NCBI GenBank assembly: GCA_963663895.2 | Contig: CAXXRD010000002.1 | Coordinates: forward strand, 256,001 to 320,000 | Length of the DNA stretch: 64,000 nucleotides | Source of the DNA: Dehalococcoidia bacterium | Lineage (GTDB): Bacteria; Chloroflexota; Dehalococcoidia; Bin125 | Reading direction: 5' to 3' | Shown here: positions 1 through 7,967 of the stretch, in pieces | How positions within the stretch are numbered: position 1 is the stretch's first letter | Layout of the letters: each line of letters starts with the position of its first letter | Program-made: the position numbers and the translations under genes | Notes under the pieces: generated by a model | What the model was told of the DNA's origin: nothing | Seen by the model: only the letters and a program-made list of their open reading frames with translations | Databases searched by the model: none

Positions 1-1
1 C

Positions 2-364
2 CGCCAAGGCACCATTGACGCGCACATCGCCGACTGGACCCGTACTCGGACCGCCGCCGCCGTCATGGATCAGCTGCAAGCGCACGATGTCGCCGCCGGC
101 GTCGTCCAGCGGAGTAGCGACCTCCTGCGCGACCCCCAACTCGCGCATCGCGGCTTCCATCGCTACCTGGATCACCCCGAGATGGGCCGCATCCCCTACA
201 GCGGCCACCAATTCCGCATCACCGATTCCAATCGCGAGTACGAGAGCGGCCCGCGCTTCCCCGCCCCTTGCCTCGGACAGCACAGCCGTGCGGTCATGCG
301 CGACCTCCTCCGTATGTCCGACGCAGAGATCGACGCCGTCTACGCGGCAGGGGCCATCGCTTAG
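2..364 (+). CDS. CoA-transferase family III (CaiB/BaiF), C-terminal part, truncated by window start
   Basis: Frame open from base 2: ...IDAHIADWTRTRTAAAVMDQLQAHDVAAGVVQRSSDLLRDPQLAHRG...DHPEMG...APCLGQHSRAVMRDLL, the typical CaiB/BaiF C-terminus (DPQL..RG, APxLGqH). Confidence 0.85.
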   Translation, partial: RQGTIDAHIADWTRTRTAAAVMDQLQAHDVAAGVVQRSSDLLRDPQLAHRGFHRYLDHPEMGRIPYSGHQFRITDSNREYESGPRFPAPCLGQHSRAVMRDLLRMSDAEIDAVYAAGAIA

Positions 365-741
365 CCAGTCAACCTACCGAGATCAGGCGATGAAACCATC
401 GTCTTCCAACTGCTCGCTATTTTGTTGTTTTGTTGTGGATTGAGCCAGCGGGCGCGCAGTTCCACGTCCGATCCCGCCGCCATCACCCCGGCCCTGGGCG
501 TGCGCAAGCCGAGCGCCCAGATGACCGTGGACCAGGAGGGCGCGCGGCGAACACCTGTAGCGCCGCGCGTCCAGCGATCCCTTGCTGCCACCTCCTCGCG
601 CGTCTTCACGGTGTGGTATGCATGGAGACGAAGAGTAACTGGCTTGCACGGATCATCCGTCGCGCGCGGCGTTCGGCTGCGGCTGGTATGTTGGGGAGGC
701 CGCAGGGGGGACCAGTGCGCGTACCCAAAGGAGATCCTGGC

Positions 742-1173
742 ATGGACGGACTGCACCGGGCGTTGGCGGCTCTGCTCATCGCGACCGCGGTCGCGGCGTT
801 TCTCAATCTCATCCTTACGCCCGCGTACCACGATGGCGCGGCCGAGTATCCCGTCTGGGAGGTCATCAACTGGTTCATGGCGGCTTCGACGGTGGTCGCG
901 CTGGTCGTCAACTTCCTGCGCCAGCGCGCCCAGGCCGATGGCGAACGCGAACCGTCGGTCATCCAGTACCTGCGGGTCACGGGCGCGTACTACGGGGCAA
1001 TCGTGCTGACGATGCTCTTCTTCTGGGAGTGGATCTGGACGCTCAACCCGGACAGCGAAACCGGCGACGCGGTGACATCCCACATCGTCTACTTCCCGAT
1101 CGTGGACGCGCTGTTCGTGGTCATCGCGCTCTCGACGGGTCGCTACTTGTGGACCAGGGTGGGGCGCGCGTAG
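742..1173 (+). CDS. Hypothetical 4-TM membrane protein
   Basis: AAGGAG RBS at 728-733 before ATG 742; four hydrophobic segments; high-GC3 codon usage. Confidence 0.7.
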   Translation: MDGLHRALAALLIATAVAAFLNLILTPAYHDGAAEYPVWEVINWFMAASTVVALVVNFLRQRAQADGEREPSVIQYLRVTGAYYGAIVLTMLFFWEWIWTLNPDSETGDAVTSHIVYFPIVDALFVVIALSTGRYLWTRVGRA

Positions 1174-1227
1174 CCACACGGCCGACCGATCCGGAGTCGG
1201 GAACCACGGTCCGGCACGCCATTGCGT

Positions 1228-1965
1228 TCAGAACGTGGGTGCCGCCGGCCCGAACCACTTCGTGATCAGAGCGTTCAGCGAGCCATCGTCCTTCATGCTC
1301 GCGATGGCCCAGTCCAGCCGGTCCCGCAACCAGCCATCGCTTTCCCGCACGCCGACGCCCACCCCGGCCCCCAACCGCACGGCGGGGCCGACGAGGGTCA
1401 ACTGGCCCCCGCTCCCCGCCAACGCGTCCAACCCAACCCCTAGGTCGATCAGCGCGGCCTCTGCTTCGCCCCGCAGAACAGCCGCGACGGCCTCCGGCAC
1501 CAGGGCATACTCCACCAGGGTAGCGTTGGATTGTGCCAGGTATCCAGCCTGGACGGTACCCACTTGGGCAGCGACGGTGCCGCCGGTCACGGCGTCGTCC
1601 GCCCCCGCTCGGGCCACGTAGACCGAGGGGCTGGACGGGAGGTACGGCTGCGTGAAATCGATCAACGCCTCCCGCTCGGCCGTGATGCGAACGCCGGTGA
1701 GGAGGGCGTCGTAGGCGCCTGCCACGAGGTTGGCGATCATGCCCTCCCAGGCATCGGTTACCCAGATGCACTGGAGGTCGGCCCGCCGACACAGCGCGTC
1801 GCCCAGCTCCCGCTCGAACCCGTCCACTTCGCCATCGGCGTTGAGGAAGTTGTAAGGGGGATAGGCCCCTTCCGTTGCCAGCCGGACGGCGGGGGATCCG
1901 CTGCTGCAGGCCAGGCTAGCGGCGGCGAGGACGAGCAAGGCGGCGGCGCAGAGCAGGCGAGGCAT
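1228..1965 (-). CDS. Polar amino-acid ABC transporter substrate-binding lipoprotein (SBP family 3)
   Basis: Lipobox SLAC; motifs ATEGAYPPYNF, GEVDGFEREL, IDFTQPY, KDDGSLNALITKWFG; ATG 1965 chosen over GTG 1983. Confidence 0.9.
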   Translation of the reverse strand: MPRLLCAAALLVLAAASLACSSGSPAVRLATEGAYPPYNFLNADGEVDGFERELGDALCRRADLQCIWVTDAWEGMIANLVAGAYDALLTGVRITAEREALIDFTQPYLPSSPSVYVARAGADDAVTGGTVAAQVGTVQAGYLAQSNATLVEYALVPEAVAAVLRGEAEAALIDLGVGLDALAGSGGQLTLVGPAVRLGAGVGVGVRESDGWLRDRLDWAIASMKDDGSLNALITKWFGPAAPTF

Positions 1966-2613
1966 GGGGATATTCTGCCCCACTGCCGGTGGGAGTGCAT
2001 GTCGCTGCGCGACTCTGCTGGCGTGGCCCAGGGTGGGAATCGGCGATCACGGCATGGCATGCTCGGAAGGGCTATTAAAGCATCCTAACTGGTCCCGGTC
2101 GCTGTGAAGCTCCATGGCCATAAAGTTAAAACAACAAGGCTGCACTGCTGTCCCCGCCGGTCCCCAATCAACGGGTGGACGTCCAGCGCTCAGATCGCGT
2201 ACAGGGGTGCACCCCGCTCGACCGCTTCCAGCAACGGCACGCGGGCAAGGGTTCCGCGGCCCCACACCGGCCCCCACGGCCGTACCGCACGATTCCGTTG
2301 CTGAAACGCGCGCTGCAATCGGCGGATCCGGCGGGCTCGTGGCTGAGGGGCAGCGGCTGCGAGGTGCGGCTTCAGCTCATGCAGCGTATCTTGCCTCCGG
2401 CCTTTGATGATGGTGGCGGGAGGGCGACCGTCTGCGACCCGTAGCATCGACCTGCCCACTGTTGATGGTGATGGTCGGGTCTTTGTGGACCCGGGCGGGG
2501 CGCGACGAAGGTTCCAGACAGCCGGTCAACCGCTTGGACATCGGAGCGCAAGGATTGCTACAGGGCGTACGCACACAACCGTTGCCGCTAACCCAGCCGG
2601 TATCGGTCTGGCG

Positions 2614-3819
2614 TTAGCGGTCCTTCCAACTCGGCGCGGGGTAGATGATCCCGGCGACGGCTGCATTGGCTGGAGCCACGAGAAGCATCTCGCCGTTCTG
2701 TATCTGAATCGTGCCCATGGGCTTGGTTGCGTTCTTGCCCGTGGGATCGAATGTGATCGGGCCGTAGAAGGTGGCTGCGTCCAGATTGCGCAGGGCGGTC
2801 CTCACGGCATCTGCGTCCAGCGAGTCGGCGGTCTCAATGGCCAGGTGGAGTGCCAGAGCGGCGGCTGTGGCGCTGGCCGCCTGGTAGGTAGGCGTCTTTC
2901 CCCACTGCTCCCGGTAACGGTCGGCGTAGTCGAACGCGGAGCCGAAGTACTTGCCAGTGTAGCTCATCGACGGGTCCCACTGGGTGGGGCCCATCAGGTA
3001 ATCTGCGTCTGCGCCGACCCGTTCGATCAACCCCGGGTCGGTTGGTCCGACGGTCATCAACGTCGCCTTCGGGTTGAAGTCCAATGCCTTGGCGGCGCGC
3101 ACGAAGAGAACGGCATCGTCAAAGTACCCTCCCACCACGAAAAGGTCCGGGTTCAGGTCCTTGAAGACGGATACCATCTCGCTGACGTCGGTCACGTCCT
3201 GCGGATAGGCCTCAACAGCCAGCACTTCCAGACCGTACTGCTCGGCCCACTGCTGCGCGCCCTCAGCGACGCTTGCAGGGAAGATGGCATCTGCGTAGGC
3301 AATCACGACCGACTTCGCCCCCCGCGCGGAGAGTGCCCGCAGCGCGGACTCAGTGTAGTTCCCGGCGGGCGTCAGCACGGCGAAGAGGTTTTCATACGAC
3401 TGATTGAACAGCGTTTCGGACGCCCCCGTGCCCTCGACCAGGATGACGCTCCGCGCATCAGCAACCCTGATAGCCGACTGGGTAAGCGTGGAGCTGTACG
3501 GCCCCAACAGGAAGTCCACCTCGTCCTCGTCAATGAGTTGTGCCACCAGCCGGGCGGTGGTGTCCGGGTCGCTCTGGTCGTCGTACATGATCAACTCGAC
3601 CTTGTGGAGTTCGCCACCCACGTCAATGCCGCCGCGCTCGTTATTGACCCAATCCTCCCAGAGGAGATACCCCTCCCGGGTGTGATTACCTTCCTCGGCA
3701 TACCTGCCGGTCTCGCTGACGGCGGAACCGATCCTGATGACCGGCTGCTCCGGGGAGCAGGCTCCCAGCGCCAGGAGGACGGTGAGCGGCAACGCGAGGC
3801 GCAGGACAAAACCAACCAT
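2614..3819 (-). CDS. Branched-chain amino-acid ABC transporter substrate-binding lipoprotein (LivJ/LivK-like)
   Basis: Lipobox LGAC; IRIGSAVSETGRYA, NERGGI, YDDQSDP, FLLGPYSS, TFYGPITFDPTG. Confidence 0.9.
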   Translation of the reverse strand: MVGFVLRLALPLTVLLALGACSPEQPVIRIGSAVSETGRYAEEGNHTREGYLLWEDWVNNERGGIDVGGELHKVELIMYDDQSDPDTTARLVAQLIDEDEVDFLLGPYSSTLTQSAIRVADARSVILVEGTGASETLFNQSYENLFAVLTPAGNYTESALRALSARGAKSVVIAYADAIFPASVAEGAQQWAEQYGLEVLAVEAYPQDVTDVSEMVSVFKDLNPDLFVVGGYFDDAVLFVRAAKALDFNPKATLMTVGPTDPGLIERVGADADYLMGPTQWDPSMSYTGKYFGSAFDYADRYREQWGKTPTYQAASATAAALALHLAIETADSLDADAVRTALRNLDAATFYGPITFDPTGKNATKPMGTIQIQNGEMLLVAPANAAVAGIIYPAPSWKDR

Positions 3820-4346
3820 GTGCTTTTCCCCGACCTTGGTTGATACGACCGTTCGTCCCGCGCCGTCATTTTTACCATATTGGACGACCCATGTACCGAT
3901 ACATCGGCGTGCTCTCCCGTTGCGTCGCCAACCAGATCGCCGCAGTCGCGCGCGAGGAGGCGGCCCGCGCCGCCCGGCAACCGGCTCTCGCAGCGACCGC
4001 AGACCGTTCCCGTCTCACGCGTGGGCCCTGTAGCTATCCCTACAGTCCGGCAGGCGAGCAGCGACCGTATCGCCGGGGAGCCACCCCGGCCATCGATCGC
4101 GGCGGGGCACGGATACGCCGCTCGGCTGGCCGTCCCACCGCCCGATCCGCGGCGATCTCGCCCGGCGCTATCCCCGGCCCAGCACGCTGCGGGACGGCAC
4201 CCCGGTGGTCTTCCACCCGTTCACGGACGCCGACCGCGCCCCCGCGCTCGCCTTCCGCTACTCTAACCCACAGGCAGGATGGTATTGACCATCAATCCGC
4301 GCGCTCGACATCTGAACAACCCAACGGACAGGATCCGCCGGCGACA

Positions 4347-4748
4347 ATCGCTCAGGAGATGGAACCGTGAAACGCTTTGTGGCTCTCAGCGCCCCCGCCC
4401 TCATCGCCCTCTGCTTCGTCGGCTTCGCCGCCGCCGCGCACTCGCCGGCGGCGCCCAGCGGGGTGACGCTGGTCAGCACCGAGGAAGGCGTCCTCGTCAG
4501 CTGGGACCAGAATGATGCCGCCGCCCACTGGGTGGCGTGGATGAACGACGACGAATACCGGGCGGCCAGAGACGCCGGCGACTGGACCGCGGCGCTGCAC
4601 TACGCCGCCGTCCCGGCCGGCGCCACGCACGTCGTACCAGCCGAGAGTCTCATCAAGGACGACGCCTACTGGTTCAGCGTGGGCAGCGAGAGCCGGCAAG
4701 CCCCCGCCGCCACTTCCTGGAGCGCGTGGCAGTCGCTAACCGCGATCC
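4347..4748 (+). repeat. Copy 1 of ~400-bp module (RBS + signal peptide + Fn3-like domain), also at 6482-6897
   Basis: Both copies start atcgctcaggagat and share long identical stretches (e.g. gcccactgggtggcgtggatgaacgacgacgaatacc); homology ends at accgcgatc. Confidence 0.9.
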
Positions 4749-6352
4749 ATGGCCTGATGAACAAGGACGATGCGCTGACCCGTGCCTACGTGGAGCGGGC
4801 CATCGCCTACTACGACAAGCATGGGCGTGAAGCGACGTTTGCGTACTACAACAGCCGGGAGAGCTTCCAAGGCGAGCGGTCAATGCTCATCTACGAGCCG
4901 GATACGCTCACCGTGCGGGTATATCCGGTGTTCCTAGACCTGGTAGGAAGCTATTTCTCCCCCAACAGCGAATTTGGCGGGATCCTGGCACGGTGGAAAC
5001 AATTGGCGGTCCCCCAGGGAGATGGCTGGATTGAATTCCAGACCCTCAACTGGGACACCCAGCAAAGCGAGCCCAAACGGAGTTGGGGCGTCATGCACGA
5101 CGACCTGATCTTCACTTCCGGGCATTTCATCCTCCAAGAAAATATCGGCGACGCTACCAAGAATTACGTGAGCAAGGCGATACGGTACTACGAGACCAAC
5201 GGGCGGGAAGCCACTGTCGCCCACTACAACAGCCGGGACAGCTTGGAAAACTTCTTCTACCTGTTCCTGATGGACGAGAACGACATCTACCTGGTCCACC
5301 CGATTTTCCCCGACCTGATTGCCACCGACATCAAGGACGTGGTCGGGACAGACTTCGAGGGGAATGATTACGAGCTGGGCAAGGCTATAGCCAAGGCCAC
5401 GGAGGAAGGCCATTGGGTGGAATATATGTGGCTCAACCCGGTCAGCGGCCGAGAGGAGCTCAAGACCACCTGGGCCATCCGATACGACGGGCTGATTTTC
5501 GCCTCAGGCTACTATCGTCCTCAATCGGCCCAGGACCGTCCCTGGCTGACCGCCGATCCCCACGAGTTCACCGTGGACTACGTGAACCGGGCCATTGAAC
5601 GCTACAAGGACGACCCAGAGGCCATGCTGGAGTACTACAACAGCGTGGCGTCCTACGAGGGGGAATGGTATCTGTTCGCCACCAACGCGAACGATATCTA
5701 CATCGTTCACCCGTTCAAACCGGCGCTGAAAGGAACCGACATCAAGAATGTAGTGGGGAATGATGGTTACGAGCTGGGCAAGGCCCTGGCCGAGGCTGGG
5801 GAGGGAGTAGGGGTCTGGGTGGAATACGACTGGCCGCACCCGGCGACCGACTATAATGCTCCAAAGGTTTCCTACGCCATCCGGCACAACGGAATGCTCT
5901 TCGCCTCGGGTTACTACCCGGCTCCCGATGACCAGCCGGCGTTCGCCAAAGCCTTCGTGCGTGAGGCCATCGACCTGTATGACCACGAGGGGCTGAATGC
6001 CGTGGTGGATGCCTATGACGAAGGGCAAAACTCCGACGGCCTGTGGTTCCTGTACCTAGTGGACGAGAATGACGTCTTCCGTGTCATGGGCTTTGCTCCC
6101 GGTCTAGTGGGAACCGACTTCAAGAGCCTGTATTTCAGAGACGTTGACGGCAACCCGGTCGGGGTGGAAGCAGTAAAAACGGAGGAAAAGGAAGGCCGCT
6201 GGGTCAACTTCCACTGGCCAGTAACCGGTGCGCAGAACTTCATCGCGCATCTCTGGGTGGAACGGCACGATGGGCTTCTGTTCGGAACCGCGTACTTCGA
6301 CACCTTGTTGTGTGTGCCGAACCCTTACCCTACCGGCACGTGTGTCCATTAG
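4367..6352 (+). CDS. Secreted protein: signal peptide + Fn3-like domain + four tandem single-Cache (sCache_2-like) domains
   Basis: AGGAG RBS; PAAP..V.VSW..YWF.V.S...WS.W Fn3-like pattern; four ~125-aa repeats (YVERAIAYY/YVSKAIRYY/YVNRAIERY/FVREAIDLY ... W(V/I)xxxW ... DGLIFASGYY-like); no TM helix after the signal peptide and no output domain. Confidence 0.8.
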   Translation: MKRFVALSAPALIALCFVGFAAAAHSPAAPSGVTLVSTEEGVLVSWDQNDAAAHWVAWMNDDEYRAARDAGDWTAALHYAAVPAGATHVVPAESLIKDDAYWFSVGSESRQAPAATSWSAWQSLTAIHGLMNKDDALTRAYVERAIAYYDKHGREATFAYYNSRESFQGERSMLIYEPDTLTVRVYPVFLDLVGSYFSPNSEFGGILARWKQLAVPQGDGWIEFQTLNWDTQQSEPKRSWGVMHDDLIFTSGHFILQENIGDATKNYVSKAIRYYETNGREATVAHYNSRDSLENFFYLFLMDENDIYLVHPIFPDLIATDIKDVVGTDFEGNDYELGKAIAKATEEGHWVEYMWLNPVSGREELKTTWAIRYDGLIFASGYYRPQSAQDRPWLTADPHEFTVDYVNRAIERYKDDPEAMLEYYNSVASYEGEWYLFATNANDIYIVHPFKPALKGTDIKNVVGNDGYELGKALAEAGEGVGVWVEYDWPHPATDYNAPKVSYAIRHNGMLFASGYYPAPDDQPAFAKAFVREAIDLYDHEGLNAVVDAYDEGQNSDGLWFLYLVDENDVFRVMGFAPGLVGTDFKSLYFRDVDGNPVGVEAVKTEEKEGRWVNFHWPVTGAQNFIAHLWVERHDGLLFGTAYFDTLLCVPNPYPTGTCVH

Positions 6353-6402
6353 CATGACCATGACGCGACGGGCCGGCTCCTGACGCGGATGCAGCCAAAT
6401 CA

Positions 6403-6481
6403 GGAGGGCGACGAGGAAACCGGCTCGCGGAAGATCGCGTACGCCACAGGCTTTCGCCTGCCCGGTCAAGACCAGGTCTTC
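6403..6481 (+). repeat. 79-bp intergenic direct copy of the 3' end of the downstream Cache gene (7710-7788)
   Basis: ggagggcgacgagga(a/g)accggctcgcggaag...caagaccaggtcttc; 78/79 identical by manual alignment. Confidence 0.95.
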
Positions 6482-6897
6482 ATCGCTCAGGAGATTGGAA
6501 CGTGAAACACTTTCTGGCTCTCAGCGCCCTCGCCCTCACCGCTCTCTGCTTCGTCGGCTTCGCCGCCGCGCACTCGCTGGCCGCCGCGCATCCGCCGGCG
6601 GCTCCGACCGGCGTCATGGTGCACAGCGCCGGCGAGGGCGTCCTCGTCAGCTGGGACCAGAACGAGGCCGCCGCCCACTGGGTGGCGTGGATGAACGACG
6701 ACGAATACCAGGCGGCAAAAGACGCCGGCGACTGGACCACGGCGCTGCGCTACGCCTCCGTCCCGGCCGGCGACACGCACGTCGTCCCCGCCGCGCGTCT
6801 CATCAAAGACGCGGACTACTGGTTCGCCGTGGGCAGCGAGAGCCGACAAACCCCCGCCGCCACTTCCTGGGGCGCGTGGCAGTCGGTGACCGCGATC
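6482..6897 (+). repeat. Copy 2 of the RBS + signal peptide + Fn3-like module
   Basis: Near-identical to 4347-4748 with a short insertion after the signal peptide. Confidence 0.9.
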
Positions 6898-7821
6898 GTG
6901 GACGACCGGATCACCGCGAGTGAGGTGACGGACCGTCCCACGCTGAGGGCCTTTGTCGAAGGCGCGAAGGACTACCTGGAGAGCGTCACGACGGTCACGG
7001 GGATAGCGCGGCTGCGCGATGCCTTCCGGTCCGAGGGCCCGTGGAAGTCGGGCTCCCTCTTCTTGACGACTCTGACGCAGAACGGAAACATTCTGATTCA
7101 CGGCGACGATCCAACCTCGGAGAACAAGCGGGTGGTCGCCGTTGAGGATGAGCTCGGCAGACCGGTGGGACAGGAGCTGCTCGCCGCGGCCGAGCGTGGC
7201 GGCGACTTTGTCGATTACCGCTGGGACGGCACCGATCGGGTGGCCTACGCCGTCCAGTACGCTTCGGGTCTGACTGCAAATACGCTGATGGTGGTCGGCG
7301 GCTTCGCGCAGGACCTGACCTCGGTCCCGGTCGAATTTACCCCGTTGCCGCGTCCGGAGGTGACCGCCGCCGAGGTCGTAGATCGCGAGACGCTCGCCAC
7401 CTTCGTCAACGCGGCCGCGAAGGCGTACCTGGAGGCCACGCTGTCGCCGAACTTAAGCGGACTGGGGAACACGAAGACCGCCTTTCGCCAGGAGGGCGGC
7501 GACTGGAAGTCGGGTTCGGTCTACGTCTTCGTGGCAAGCACCGACGGGTATACTCTCTTCCACGGGGCGTTCCCCGTTCGGTTCGAGGGCCGTCAGTTCG
7601 AGGACATCGACCGGCAAGACGCAAATGGCGTCCTCTACATCCGGGAGGTGCTGGCGGCGGGCGAGGCGGGCGGCGGTTTCGTCGAGTATTTGTTCGACAA
7701 CCCGGTGGTGGAGGGCGACGAGGAGACCGGCTCGCGGAAGATCGCGTACGCCACAGGCTTTCGCCTGCCCGGTCAAGACCAGGTCTTCGTTGTCGGATCC
7801 GGCTTCTATCCCGATGACTGA
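6502..7821 (+). CDS. Secreted protein: signal peptide + Fn3-like domain + two Cache-like domains
   Basis: N-terminal ~130 aa nearly identical to 4367 gene; two repeats ITASEVTDRPTLRAFV..WKSGSLFL and VTAAEVVDRETLATFV..WKSGSVYVF, with GGFVEY.F and VVGSGFY Cache-type end. Confidence 0.8.
   Translation: MKHFLALSALALTALCFVGFAAAHSLAAAHPPAAPTGVMVHSAGEGVLVSWDQNEAAAHWVAWMNDDEYQAAKDAGDWTTALRYASVPAGDTHVVPAARLIKDADYWFAVGSESRQTPAATSWGAWQSVTAIVDDRITASEVTDRPTLRAFVEGAKDYLESVTTVTGIARLRDAFRSEGPWKSGSLFLTTLTQNGNILIHGDDPTSENKRVVAVEDELGRPVGQELLAAAERGGDFVDYRWDGTDRVAYAVQYASGLTANTLMVVGGFAQDLTSVPVEFTPLPRPEVTAAEVVDRETLATFVNAAAKAYLEATLSPNLSGLGNTKTAFRQEGGDWKSGSVYVFVASTDGYTLFHGAFPVRFEGRQFEDIDRQDANGVLYIREVLAAGEAGGGFVEYLFDNPVVEGDEETGSRKIAYATGFRLPGQDQVFVVGSGFYPDD
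7710..7788 (+). repeat. In-gene copy of the 79-bp direct repeat
   Basis: Matches 6403-6481 with one synonymous difference (GAG vs GAA). Confidence 0.95.
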
Positions 7822-7967
7822 TTCCAACGGGGAGGGGGCTGCGACAATGTCCAGGACCGTAGAGGTAGCGTAACGCCTGCCCGGGCCGCCTCGGCGCGGG
7901 AGCGGCGGCGGCCCGGGCAGTGCGCGGTGCGGCAGCAGCGCCGACGGGCCGACGATAGAATGCGGCC

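Noticed and set aside
3840-4346. Gene remnant or riboswitch in long intergenic regions (also 365-740, 1984-2613, 13954-14386)
   Set aside because: Short coding-like patches (e.g. MYRYIGVLSRCVANQIAAVAREE) but no family or Rfam-like consensus recognisable by eye; needs BLASTX and Infernal
6403-7788. DGR template/variable repeat pair (intergenic copy has A where the gene's 3' end has G)
   Set aside because: Only one, synonymous, difference; no reverse transcriptase or avd gene in the window; the target is Cache-like rather than a C-type lectin or Ig variable region
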